A DNA stretch of 64,000 nucleotides, taken from NCBI GenBank assembly GCA_047495785.1, contig JBLDXI010000017.1, positions 1,426,001 to 1,490,000 on the forward strand, written 5' to 3'. The position numbers and the translations under genes were made by a program. The notes below the pieces were generated by a model that was given only the letters and a program-made list of their open reading frames with translations, made no database searches and had not been told where the DNA came from. Numbering within the stretch: the first letter of the stretch is position 1; every line of letters begins with the position of its first letter. Source of the stretch: Lepidodermella squamata (lineage: Eukaryota > Animalia > Gastrotricha). Shown in pieces: positions 9,403 through 18,700 of the stretch.

Positions 9403-10055
9403 GCTTGGAGGCGCCGTTTTGTTCACTTGTCATCGGTCCGAGCGGCGCCGGAAAGTCATGGCTTATCAGACAAATGTTGAATGATCCTGAATCTATATCC
9501 CCGCCGCCGAAAGCTATTCTATGGTTCTATGGCGTTGAGACAAAAATGCACGCGGAGGTCAGGGAAGAAGTGGAGAAAAGTCGAGGCATAACGATTGAAT
9601 TTAGAAAAGGCTTGGAAAACCTCAATTTTGACGAATTTGAATCGAGCGCAAATGCAGGCGATCATACGCTGCTCATCATAGACGACTTGTATGATACTGG
9701 AAGAAATGACCCTAAAATTCATCAATTATTCTATCGGTATTCGCATCACATGCAGCTGTCCGTGTTTTTCACGCAACAAGCAATATTCAGCAAAGGAAAA
9801 GTTTCCAAGGAGATGACCTTGAACGCCAAATACTTGTTCATTTTCCGCCATCGGGCAGATCTTACGGCATTTCGCTATCTTGCAATGCAGTTGGAACCGT
9901 TGCGCTGGCGTTTTCTAGTTGAAAGCTTCGAAATAGAAACTAGTAAAGGCGGACATCACTACTTGTTAATCGATCTGAGCCCAAACTGCCCTGAATATAT
10001 GAGATACAGGACTGGCGTAGGGAGCTATCCGGGAGTTGTTTATGTGCCGAAATGA
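9363..10055 (+). CDS. A32/FtsK-like genome packaging ATPase
   Basis: Walker A GPSGAGKS, Walker B LLIIDD, YSHHMQLSVFFTQQ, YLLIDLSP...RYRT. Confidence 0.93.
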   Translation: MSSNVPAETDFSLSLEAPFCSLVIGPSGAGKSWLIRQMLNDPESISPPPKAILWFYGVETKMHAEVREEVEKSRGITIEFRKGLENLNFDEFESSANAGDHTLLIIDDLYDTGRNDPKIHQLFYRYSHHMQLSVFFTQQAIFSKGKVSKEMTLNAKYLFIFRHRADLTAFRYLAMQLEPLRWRFLVESFEIETSKGGHHYLLIDLSPNCPEYMRYRTGVGSYPGVVYVPK

Positions 10056-10070
10056 ACCAATAAAAATGTA

Positions 10071-10079
10071 TATATAAAT
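10071..10079 (+). promoter_or_regulatory. TATA box (TATATAAAT) upstream of the small virion-protein gene
   Basis: Intergenic, ~30 nt before the ATG at 10110. Confidence 0.5.
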
Positions 10080-10109
10080 AAGGAGTTTTTTTTTATCTAA
10101 TGCTTGATC

Positions 10110-10531
10110 ATGCGAAGTATGCGTAAAAAGCTTGACAAGTCACACAGAATTTTAGGTTTCATCAAGGAGATTCTCAGAGCAAAGACTTACGACAGACGTC
10201 GGCAACTCTTATCAATAGCCCCGGATAGCGTGATAAAATTAATTTGCGAGATTTGTCTCAACCTCGCCAATAAAAACCTGCCGATACCGCCAAACCAGGC
10301 GAGGAAATTGCGTAAATTTAGAAAATCAATCGAGAAATTGAGCAAAACCGATACGACAGTCAACGGTAATCGGGAATATATTGTTCAAAAAGGCGGTGCA
10401 GCGTTTGTAGTGCCTCTACTGACAGCCGCAGCTGGTTAGTGTTTTTTCTTTATGACCACTAGTTTCCAAGCGCAAATTTAGGTTTGTTGCCCACCGTTGT
10501 TGAATCCATCATCAAAGCAGCGCGCAAATGA
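10110..10531 (+). CDS. Small basic Polinton protein with a QKGG site and amphipathic C-terminal helix (intron 10435-10481)
   Basis: LICEICLNL...LRKFRKSIEKL...IVQKGGAAFVVPLLTAAAG^LLPTVVESIIKAARK. Stop overlaps the next ATG (ATGA at 10528-10531). Confidence 0.7.
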
Positions 10532-11484
10532 TCAAATCAACCTCATCAACATCAGGTCAGTACGCTAAGCGGTACAGTTTGGTGCCTGGGACACTAGTTG
10601 ATGGATCGAAATCAACCGTTGAAACGGAAAGCAAGCGGATAATTAAGGAGGCTTCTGAACCGACACAGAAAGGACAACTTAAGCGTAACGCAATGCAAAT
10701 GTTAAATGCGTTATCGGACAGTAATGAAGATGACGCGCGCGAAAAGTTGTATAAATTTAACTCGGCTTTTCGCGACTTCAAGCGAGCAGTAAGAGAGTTG
10801 AAAATTGCTGAATCGACCAAACCTGAGGAAGATGAGGACGAGGAGGAAGATGAAGATGAGGAAGTGGAAGCAGAAGAAAATCAGGTCCCAAGTCCTAAGG
10901 AATCCTCAACACCTATTTTGCGGAGGGCAACAAAGCTTAGTTTCATCAAAACAAGTCCGAAACCGGAACAGTTGAACGGAAACGGCGATGGAAATGAAGA
11001 TGAAATTCCAGTTAAAATTCCTAGAGTAGAAAATGAGAATAAGAAAATTGTACTAGAGAAACTCGCGGATCAGACAATTATTGATCAATTCCCAACAGAA
11101 CAACGTCGAAAAGAAGTAGCTAGGATTTTGAACCATTTGAGGGGACAAGACAAACCAAAAAATGTATTCATTACGGACGACAATGCTAAAATTGTGCTTA
11201 TGAACAACACTGGAACCTTGTCAGATTCCTGGGACTTGGTCGATTTTCTGGACAAAGCCACAAACAAGAAGATGAATATGAGCGAAACAACAAAAGGAAG
11301 AATCCGTAATTTTGTACGAGTTGGACAGCTGAACGCGACTAATCCGTTAGTTTCCGCATCTCCTCGTGACATCCGAAGCCGCAATGATACAAAGCAAAAG
11401 AAGAATAAGGCTCCTCATCCAACAAACAGTCAACCCGGCCAACAGAAGGGAGGTAAATGGTTAGCATGGACTCCTAAAATTTGA
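10528..11484 (+). CDS. Polinton hypothetical protein with an acidic tract and terminal QKGGKW
   Basis: 318-aa open ORF, poly-E/D tract, C-terminal QQKGGKWLAW. Confidence 0.7.
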   Translation: MIKSTSSTSGQYAKRYSLVPGTLVDGSKSTVETESKRIIKEASEPTQKGQLKRNAMQMLNALSDSNEDDAREKLYKFNSAFRDFKRAVRELKIAESTKPEEDEDEEEDEDEEVEAEENQVPSPKESSTPILRRATKLSFIKTSPKPEQLNGNGDGNEDEIPVKIPRVENENKKIVLEKLADQTIIDQFPTEQRRKEVARILNHLRGQDKPKNVFITDDNAKIVLMNNTGTLSDSWDLVDFLDKATNKKMNMSETTKGRIRNFVRVGQLNATNPLVSASPRDIRSRNDTKQKKNKAPHPTNSQPGQQKGGKWLAWTPKI

Positions 11485-12395
11485 AATCGATCAAAATCGG
11501 ACTAAACTTCAGCTTGTTCTGACTGTCACACATGCTAGCGTTGATGAACTGTGTGGTTTCCGATCCCGTTTCTCCGTGACCTAAATAAAGAGACCTGAAC
11601 AGGAAATAATTAGCCTTTTCGAAATATTTACTATCGTGGCAATGTCCAAAAACATGAACTTTTGGTTTGACTCGGGACAGAACGTGATTAGTCAGGGCCA
11701 GGCATCCCATTCGATCTCCAGCAAGAGTTTTGTCCAGGATTCCCAACGGAGGGCAATGTGTTACCAGTACATCGGTGTCGGCTGGAATCATGCGCCATTG
11801 TTCATCAATATCATTGCCGCGATTTCGCGTGAACGCTGAATGCCAGCTTTCCACGGTTGGAGTCCTACGGCACTGATCTCAGTTTCAGGGTTAAGTTTGT
11901 ATGAATGTGTTTCTTACCATGGAGAACCGTAAATCTTCACATCGTCAACCGTAATCGAGTTGTCTTGAAGATAAGTGCAGTTTTTGAAATCATATTGCCG
12001 ATCTTGAAGACAACGATCGTGGTTTCCAGCAATCGCGATAATTGCTCGAAAGGATGCCTTGATTTCGGACAATTGGGCATCAAAAGCTTTCATTTCTTGC
12101 ACGGTTCCAAATTTAGAAATATCACCAGCATGAACCAAAACATCAGCAGTCGCAGCAGCTCGTACCAACGGCAAAAAGTTCGCGTTGTGTGAGTCCGACA
12201 TGCACAGTAGGCGAAGAGACTTAGCCCCATCGAATATGAGGCGTGGCTTTTCCAGCTGGACAAAAGGCTAAAACGCGTGTTATTATTATTACGATTTGAC
12301 ATTTTTCTGTGATAAAAGATCCAACTTACTTCAAATGATTTCACTATTCCCCACGCAAAATTTGGATGCATTGGCGACGTAAAGCTAATCTTCAT
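11474..12395 (-). CDS. Calcineurin-like metallophosphoesterase (MPPED-like), 4 exons
   Basis: LRLLCMSDSH, VHAGD, IAGNHD, YGSPW^TP, VLVTHCPP, HVFGHCH, FINAS. Introns at about 12268-12329, 11865-11917 and 11581-11631. Confidence 0.88.
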
Positions 12396-12456
12396 TGCAT
12401 AAAATAGCCTAAAATAGATTGGTACAAGAAAGCATTAATTGCATCTTTTTAATTGG

Positions 12457-13554
12457 TCAAAAATCTGCATCGACAGAAAAAGTGCGATCGCCAGAAGTTT
12501 TCGCGCTCATCACGCCCATCTTCTGATACTCGCCGACTCGTTTCTCGAAAAAGTTGGATTTTCCCTCGAGCGAAATGTTTTCCATAAAGTCAAAGGGATT
12601 CAAAGTATTGAAAACCATCGGACATCCAAGCTCGCCAAGAAGACGGTCAGCAACAAACTCAATATACTGTTTCATCAGAGTACAATTAATACCAATTAGA
12701 GCACAAGGTAAAGCATCTACAAGGAATTCTTGTTCAATTAGGACAGCCTCGCGAATTATATTAGTGATACGCTCGGCACTAGGTCGATTCATCAAATGAC
12801 GGAACATTAGACAGGCAAAGTCGGTGTGTAAACCCTAGGTTCGGAGACAATTGAGAACGTAGAATCGAGAGTGAATAAATCAACATACCTCGTCGCGGCT
12901 AATGAGTTCGTTACTGAAAGTCAAACCCGGCATAAGCCCGCGCTTCTTTAGCCAGAATATGGAAGCGAATGAACCGCTGAAGAAGACGCCTTCGACAGCG
13001 GCGAAGGCGACAATTCGTTCTCCAAAAGTAGACGACTTATCCCCTATCCATTGCAGAGCCCAGTCAGCCTTTTTCCTTACACATGGCAATGTCTCGATAG
13101 CATTGAAAAGTAAATCCCTGAAGAAGTGAAAATTTAAAAAGCGAAAACCAAGACAGACTACGAACCGTTCCGAAGGATCTCTGATATAAGTGTCAATTAG
13201 AAGGCTATACATTTCAGAATGTATATTTTCTATAGCAATTTGAAAACCATAGAAACATCTCGCCTCAGGAATCTGAACCTCTTGAGCGAATCTTCCCACG
13301 AGGTTCTCATTCACTATTCCATCACTTGCAGCAAAAAATGCGAGGACGCGTGAGATGAAATAGCGTTCGTCAGGCTTCAACTTCTCCCAGTCAGTCCGAT
13401 CATCAGATAAATCAACCTCCTCAGTGGTCCAAAAAGACGCCACTGCCTTTTTGTACATCTCCCAAATAGCGGGGTAGCGAATAGGTAGAATAACGAAACG
13501 TCGAGAGTTATTTCGGAGCAGGGGCTCGTCAACAAAGATGGGGACACTCATCAT
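12457..13554 (-). CDS. RRM2: Ribonucleotide reductase small subunit (class Ia R2), 3 exons
   Basis: [48 protein letters not shown]^[15 protein letters not shown]-terminal FSVDADF. Introns at 13118-13165 and 12835-12888. Confidence 0.95.
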
Positions 13555-13628
13555 TGATTATGCTAACTGCTCTAAAGTTTGAGAAAATCCAAGTTATCAG
13601 TCAACTGCAGTTTTCATTCAAAACGCCT

Positions 13629-13985
13629 TCAAATCACTCCGATAAAAAACTCCAAACGCGATTTATCGAGACTAAGCTGTCTGAGATACGGGTGGGAAAA
13701 ACGAAGTGACTTGGACAGGCAATATTTACCGTTACTCAATACCAATCTCCCAGGAATGGAGGGCTTACCAGGCATAAATCCGGGCCAGTCAAACCAAAGC
13801 CAATTCAAGAACTCGCCGACTGTTTCCGCCCGGCTGTTGATTGGCCAATGTACTCTCTCGCCGCTCACCAATATCAAACCTATTCGCAGTTGTCGCGATT
13901 TGTATGTATCGCTCAATACATCGAAAGGTTGCAGCGTTTCATTGCTGCCGCGGCTGCTAGCGAGAGAAGGTGGTGGCGCGTTCAT
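13629..13985 (-). CDS. UBL3/MUB-like ubiquitin-fold protein, copy C (intronless, most divergent)
   Basis: LRIGLILVSGE (cf. UBL3 NLRLILVSGK), ETVGEFLNWLWFDWP (cf. HVYDNWP), RLVLSNGKY. No CAAX or di-Gly end. Confidence 0.6.
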   Translation of the reverse strand: MNAPPPSLASSRGSNETLQPFDVLSDTYKSRQLRIGLILVSGERVHWPINSRAETVGEFLNWLWFDWPGFMPGKPSIPGRLVLSNGKYCLSKSLRFSHPYLRQLSLDKSRLEFFIGVI

Positions 13986-14053
13986 TAAATAATGGTTACT
14001 CTAAAATCACTAATTTTTGAAAGAAACCCAAACATTCAGGCATATTTTATAGT

Positions 14054-14306
14054 TTAGGATTTAGGATAGAAACAAATTGCAGTTTCCCTCTCAGATAGAC
14101 GATAAATAATAGCGTCGGTTGAACCCGAAGTGAAAACGCAGGCTTTGCATGTGCTGTTGCGGATGAACATTATCTAGAAAATAGAAACGTAAGGCGTGAT
14201 CATTTCGTCGAAACTAACTCACGCGTAGGTTCCCGACTTCTCTGATTAATAGTTTTGGCTTGAGACCCTTTGGCAATCTGAGTTTCAATCTCCACTTTTG
14301 AGGCAT
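14054..14306 (-). CDS. Small two-exon hypothetical protein (67 aa; intron 14174-14222)
   Basis: MPQKWRLKLRLPKGLKPKLLIREVGNLR^IMFIRNSTCKACVFTSGSTDAIIYRLSERETAICFYPKS. Canonical GTGAGT donor and TTTTCTAG acceptor. Confidence 0.5.
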
Positions 14307-14359
14307 TATTTTTTTTATCGTCCTAATAAATGATCTAAGATGTAAAACAACTCAGAAAA

Positions 14360-14738
14360 TTATACCAGCCAATTATATTTGTTCAAAGATTCCTTGACTT
14401 GGATAAAATCAATGCAATCCAGTTCGACTGCTCCTGAATCCCAATATCCTGCAAGAATCCCCTATACAAGTTTTTTTTTCATGAGAATTTCGCCCTTGGC
14501 AAGAAAACTTACTTATAGGAGCAAAATTGCGCTTCAACGGTAAGCCCTTGTGGAGCAGGCGAAGGTTCATGATATGCGGCTTCAATCCCCAGCTTTCAGG
14601 CCATTCGTGGTACAATTGGTAGATAATGTCCTGTACCGTATAGGATTCGGAACAGTGCATTATGATCTGGTCTCCGTTCCGCCAATTGAGCTTGACCACA
14701 AATCCAGTATTAGGTGATCCGCTCGCTGAAACTTTCAT
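14360..14738 (-). CDS. UBL3/MUB-like ubiquitin-fold protein, copy B (intron donor 14512; acceptor 14449 or 14462, so end 14360 or 14409)
   Basis: YTVQDIIYQLYHEWPESW...NLRLLHKGLPL (cf. UBL3 DIAKHVYDNWPMDW...ILRLIYQGRFL). Confidence 0.7.
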
Positions 14739-14789
14739 TCTTCAATTTCTAAAAATAACAAAAGGAAAGAACGATTAATTAACAGCATT

Positions 14790-15153
14790 TTACTTGCGGA
14801 GACGGTCAGGACGAAAATCAGATTGAAGCTTTACTAAATAAGTACATATTTTCATTGTTGGACTTGGAATACGACGACTCAATCCTGGAAATTAGAGAAT
14901 GTTAGCAAAGCAAGGCTATAGGTTTCATCCAGTTTTTGATCAACTAACCTTTCATCAGTACCGTTTTCCGAACAGGCCGACCTTTGCATTGTAGTCGCAA
15001 TTGCTGAAAACCAGGCTTTGGCCCCCAATTTGACGGCCACGCGGCCTTCATCTCTTTGACGCAATCAGTAATTGTCGCAGATTCATCAAAAGATGAGCAA
15101 AAGGATGATCCGTCCGCTAGTACAATCCGACAAACGTAATCGGCCTTTATCAT
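14790..15153 (-). CDS. UBL3/MUB-like ubiquitin-fold protein, copy A (99 aa; intron 14885-14948)
   Basis: CRIVLADG...FDESATITDCVKEMKAAWPSNW...QLRLQCKGR. The intron is at the same position and phase as in copy B. Confidence 0.72.
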
Positions 15154-15241
15154 CTTAAGAAACCTAAACTAAAAATTGAAAAAAACGATAATTTAATATG
15201 CACATTTAATATTTACAATTGTACATCAACTTTTGCGGTAT

Positions 15242-15724
15242 TCAGGGAAAATTCGCATCGGAATTTGGAGAGGGCAAAAAGGTACATTTACAGTTCAACT
15301 TGACCTTCTTAGGTATCTCCGGTCTCTTGTCACATTGAGCCTGGTGTAGCAAAACGGTGGAAAACTCCAGTTTAGCTGAACAGCCGTACTTTTCAAAAGC
15401 GCAAGTGAATATTAGGCGTGAGATCAATCGTTCAACAACTGCAGGACCTGGAACAAGATCGATGCACATGAAGTCAGCTCGGCATATCGGACATGAAGCT
15501 GGCGTGAAAATGTTGACTCGGTATTGTCCACGACAACATCGATCCCCCCATCGACAAATGCAAAGCTCACAAAACACGTGCTGACAGCCGACTATGTAGA
15601 CTGGAGAGTTCATCACTCCAAGACAAATGCTGCAGGTAATTTCCTTTTCGATGAATTCGAACTGAGTTTTGAAATCAGGTGCAACTTGTTCGGGCGGAAC
15701 GCTGGCTGAATTTTTTTCTAACAT
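15242..15724 (-). CDS. RING (C3HC4) plus TRAF/SIAH-type zinc finger protein, putative E3 ubiquitin ligase
   Basis: CSIC...CQHVFCELC...CPICR followed by CAFEKYGC...HQAQC. The ATG directly follows the pPolB stop. A small 3' intron is possible. Confidence 0.85.
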   Translation of the reverse strand: MLEKNSASVPPEQVAPDFKTQFEFIEKEITCSICLGVMNSPVYIVGCQHVFCELCICRWGDRCCRGQYRVNIFTPASCPICRADFMCIDLVPGPAVVERLISRLIFTCAFEKYGCSAKLEFSTVLLHQAQCDKRPEIPKKVKLNCKCTFLPSPNSDANFP

Positions 15725-18700
15725 CTAAGGAAGAAGATTTGTACATTTAGACCTGTAGCCATATGGGACAGATGTGAAGGTTTTAGGATCAAAAACGCGC
15801 TTGTCATTGAGATGCGGGGAAACTCGCTTATCAAGTTTTTCCAAGCTGACCGATGCCGGGACGTGTCGCCTGCGGAACATTGATTGCTCTATTGACATGC
15901 AAGCCCCAGTTGATGATTCATTCAAATAATTGAGTAGCAGATCAACCAAAGACTCGTGCGACATTGCTGTCCCTGCCACGCTTTGGCTGATGCCTTTGAA
16001 CTTGAGTTCCGTCCTGAAATTTGACCTGAAAAGTAGTAACTAGGCTACGCTGTATATCGATTTTCTAACCTGAGATTTGTGACGAATGAATAGGATTTTG
16101 GCGATATACAAACCCAGGATTTGATGTACTCTCCATCCTGTAGCTCCGATTTATACTGCCCTAGATATGGCCCATTCGGTATTCTATACTCGCCTTCTCG
16201 ATATGTGTAAATCAAGGAATCGGCTAAAAAAGAGTGAGGGATTACTTTTTTTTCGCGATATTTTTAATTCTCGGCAACTTACTATCACAGTATACGAGGC
16301 GGGGGCCCAACCGAGCCATCTGCGAGTTAAAGGTGTAGCGTTTGCGTAATTTTAGCGCAAGTTGAGCTTGCTTACCTCTTCGTAAATCATAATACGCGCG
16401 TAGGATGTTATGAAGGACGCTATAATTTCCGAATTTGTCGCGCAAATTTGTTCGTAATCCGGTGCGTCTGAATACGACACTCGGACTGTCTGAAACTCGT
16501 CATCAGGCCCTACAGGCTGGATTGAATGGACGATCTTGTTCGGCGATTCCAGCAACTCAATCAATTGAGTTGGCGAACTGAGATAAACGACCGTTGAGTT
16601 GGTGCTTTTGAGGCAGAAGCGGCCGTAGAAACTGACATCCCAAGCTTGGTAAGAGATAACTATGGTCAATCCGAGAACTTACCTATTTTGCAATGTCTTG
16701 GAAATCTGTCGGATTGCTGGGTTAGGAATAGCTTGCCGATCGAGATCTATTCCATACCTTTCGCGGCATTCAGAGATGTACTGTTCCAAATCTATCGTCG
16801 GGTCTAGTTTTGTGTGTTCCAGCTTAAGTTTCTGCAACGAGATGATGAATTCTTTGAACTGAAGATTGCTCTTCTTTTCAAACTCCCAAATCTCGTAAAT
16901 TTCAAGCAGTTGATAGCCGTATTTGGAAACAGCCAGTCTTAGTTCTTCGCTAGTCCAAACCGAAGTTATAGCGCGCTGATCTAGGCTATGATTGCATGGG
17001 GCTGATCTATTCTTCTCCAGGTAACACGTCTTACAAGAAATAAAAACCAGCCTAGAGTCATCCGGCGATTTCCATGGCAAACATGGAATTAAAAGTTCGG
17101 GATTCGGAGCGACTTTTGCCGACACTAGACCGAACGAGGGCTGAGTTGGATGAAGGAACCTGGCCCTGAGCTTGGAATCGTTTAGTCGCCACCTTAAAAC
17201 ACGAGGTGAGACATCGCCGCAAGGAAATAATTGCGTATATAAAATGTATGGATACATGGAGTTAATGTCGGCATATAGCAAGCTGGTTTCTGAATCTTTT
17301 TCGAAAAAGCAACGAAAGTTTTCGCACCTCCCACCCTGTTGTCATAATTTTTCGGAGACTTAATGTGATTAAGGCGGTTACAGCGAGCTTACCAATAGCG
17401 CGGATCTTGGTTTTATCGGAGGAACAACGTTAACAACTTGCTGCAATGTTCTATCTATATCCGGGTTCTCAGCTAGAAATGCGTTGAATTCGCAAGAATA
17501 AACTGTCGTAAGCTGATATCCGCTCTGCCTAATTTTCGCTTCCCTTGCTGCTGTCTCATTTGATAGCTCACCGAACGTTCGTCTCAATACGACATTGAAC
17601 TTGTTTTCCGGACAACAAGTAGGATGGCCGTGTATGGTGCAACCTATTTTTGCGATTTACAAGCTATACTATAGTTCAAGTCGAAGGGTTGACAGCACTC
17701 ACCGTGATATTCGAGGACGTGTTCTACATTGCCTGTCGACTTGTTTCGGATTACACCGTCCGCTTTTATCACGGATTTATCATGCATGACTAACCGGCAT
17801 TCAGACCCGTTGAGCGCTGACTCAATTTCTACGTTGTGGGTTTTGCTGTAGTAGAGAAGCCATTTCAAGCTCTCTTGACTTGTGATGTCCTTCAGCGCAA
17901 GACCCGCTGGGCTGATGATGGAAATCGTTTTTGGCTGCATGTACTTTATCTACGCAAGTAAAACCGGAGAATTTCCTGTAATTTTTCTAATAGCAAGCCT
18001 TACGCGGTATATTATATGCGAAATCGATGAGAGGGTTAGATAATGAAAACAATCTATCCCGTTTGGAGCGTATTCGCAAATCGAAAGCTTGGCGATTAGC
18101 TTTTTGAATCTACCTGTCGCTATTCGCAATATAACGACATCTTGAACGCAGTATGTATAAGTCTCATTTTTCACGATGTATTGTGCTTGGAGAGAGCGTT
18201 TTTGACTAATGAATTCTTCCAACTCAGATATTTCGCGTTGAGACATGTTGCCCGTATCATAGCTTTCAATCCCAGGCCAAATCGTAAATATTTTTGTTAA
18301 ATTTTCGCGAGTGTGCAGCTTATGAGGATACGTTAGCTTTTCGATACCGTCGATCCCAAATGCAGCGGGAAGATTGGCTAATTTAGTCTGGAAATAATTG
18401 AAGCTGTCGATAAATCTTAAATTGGACTCATTTTCACATTTGGAATGCTTCTAGGTTGGAAAATATTACCTAGGGCCGCCTTTGATTTTAAGCTCAAGTA
18501 TCCTCCCTGCCCTCTCTATTGTAGTGAACTTCAAGTTCTGGTCCTGTACGTATCGCAACACAAATATTGTGTCGAATTTCCCTAATAAAAAGAATTATCA
18601 AATAAAAAATTGAATTAAATCGTCATAAATTTTGCGCGATGAAACTTGTTACCTCCATAATGTGAAATGCAGGTGAGGTTTTTGAATTCATCGCGGCAAA

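Noticed and set aside
2029-15724. Endogenised giant virus (NCLDV) fragment, suggested by TBP, RNR, kinase and RING genes
   Set aside because: The genes lie within Polinton TIRs and a 6-bp TSD together with pPolB and c-integrase; no NCLDV hallmark such as RNA polymerase or D5 primase is present.
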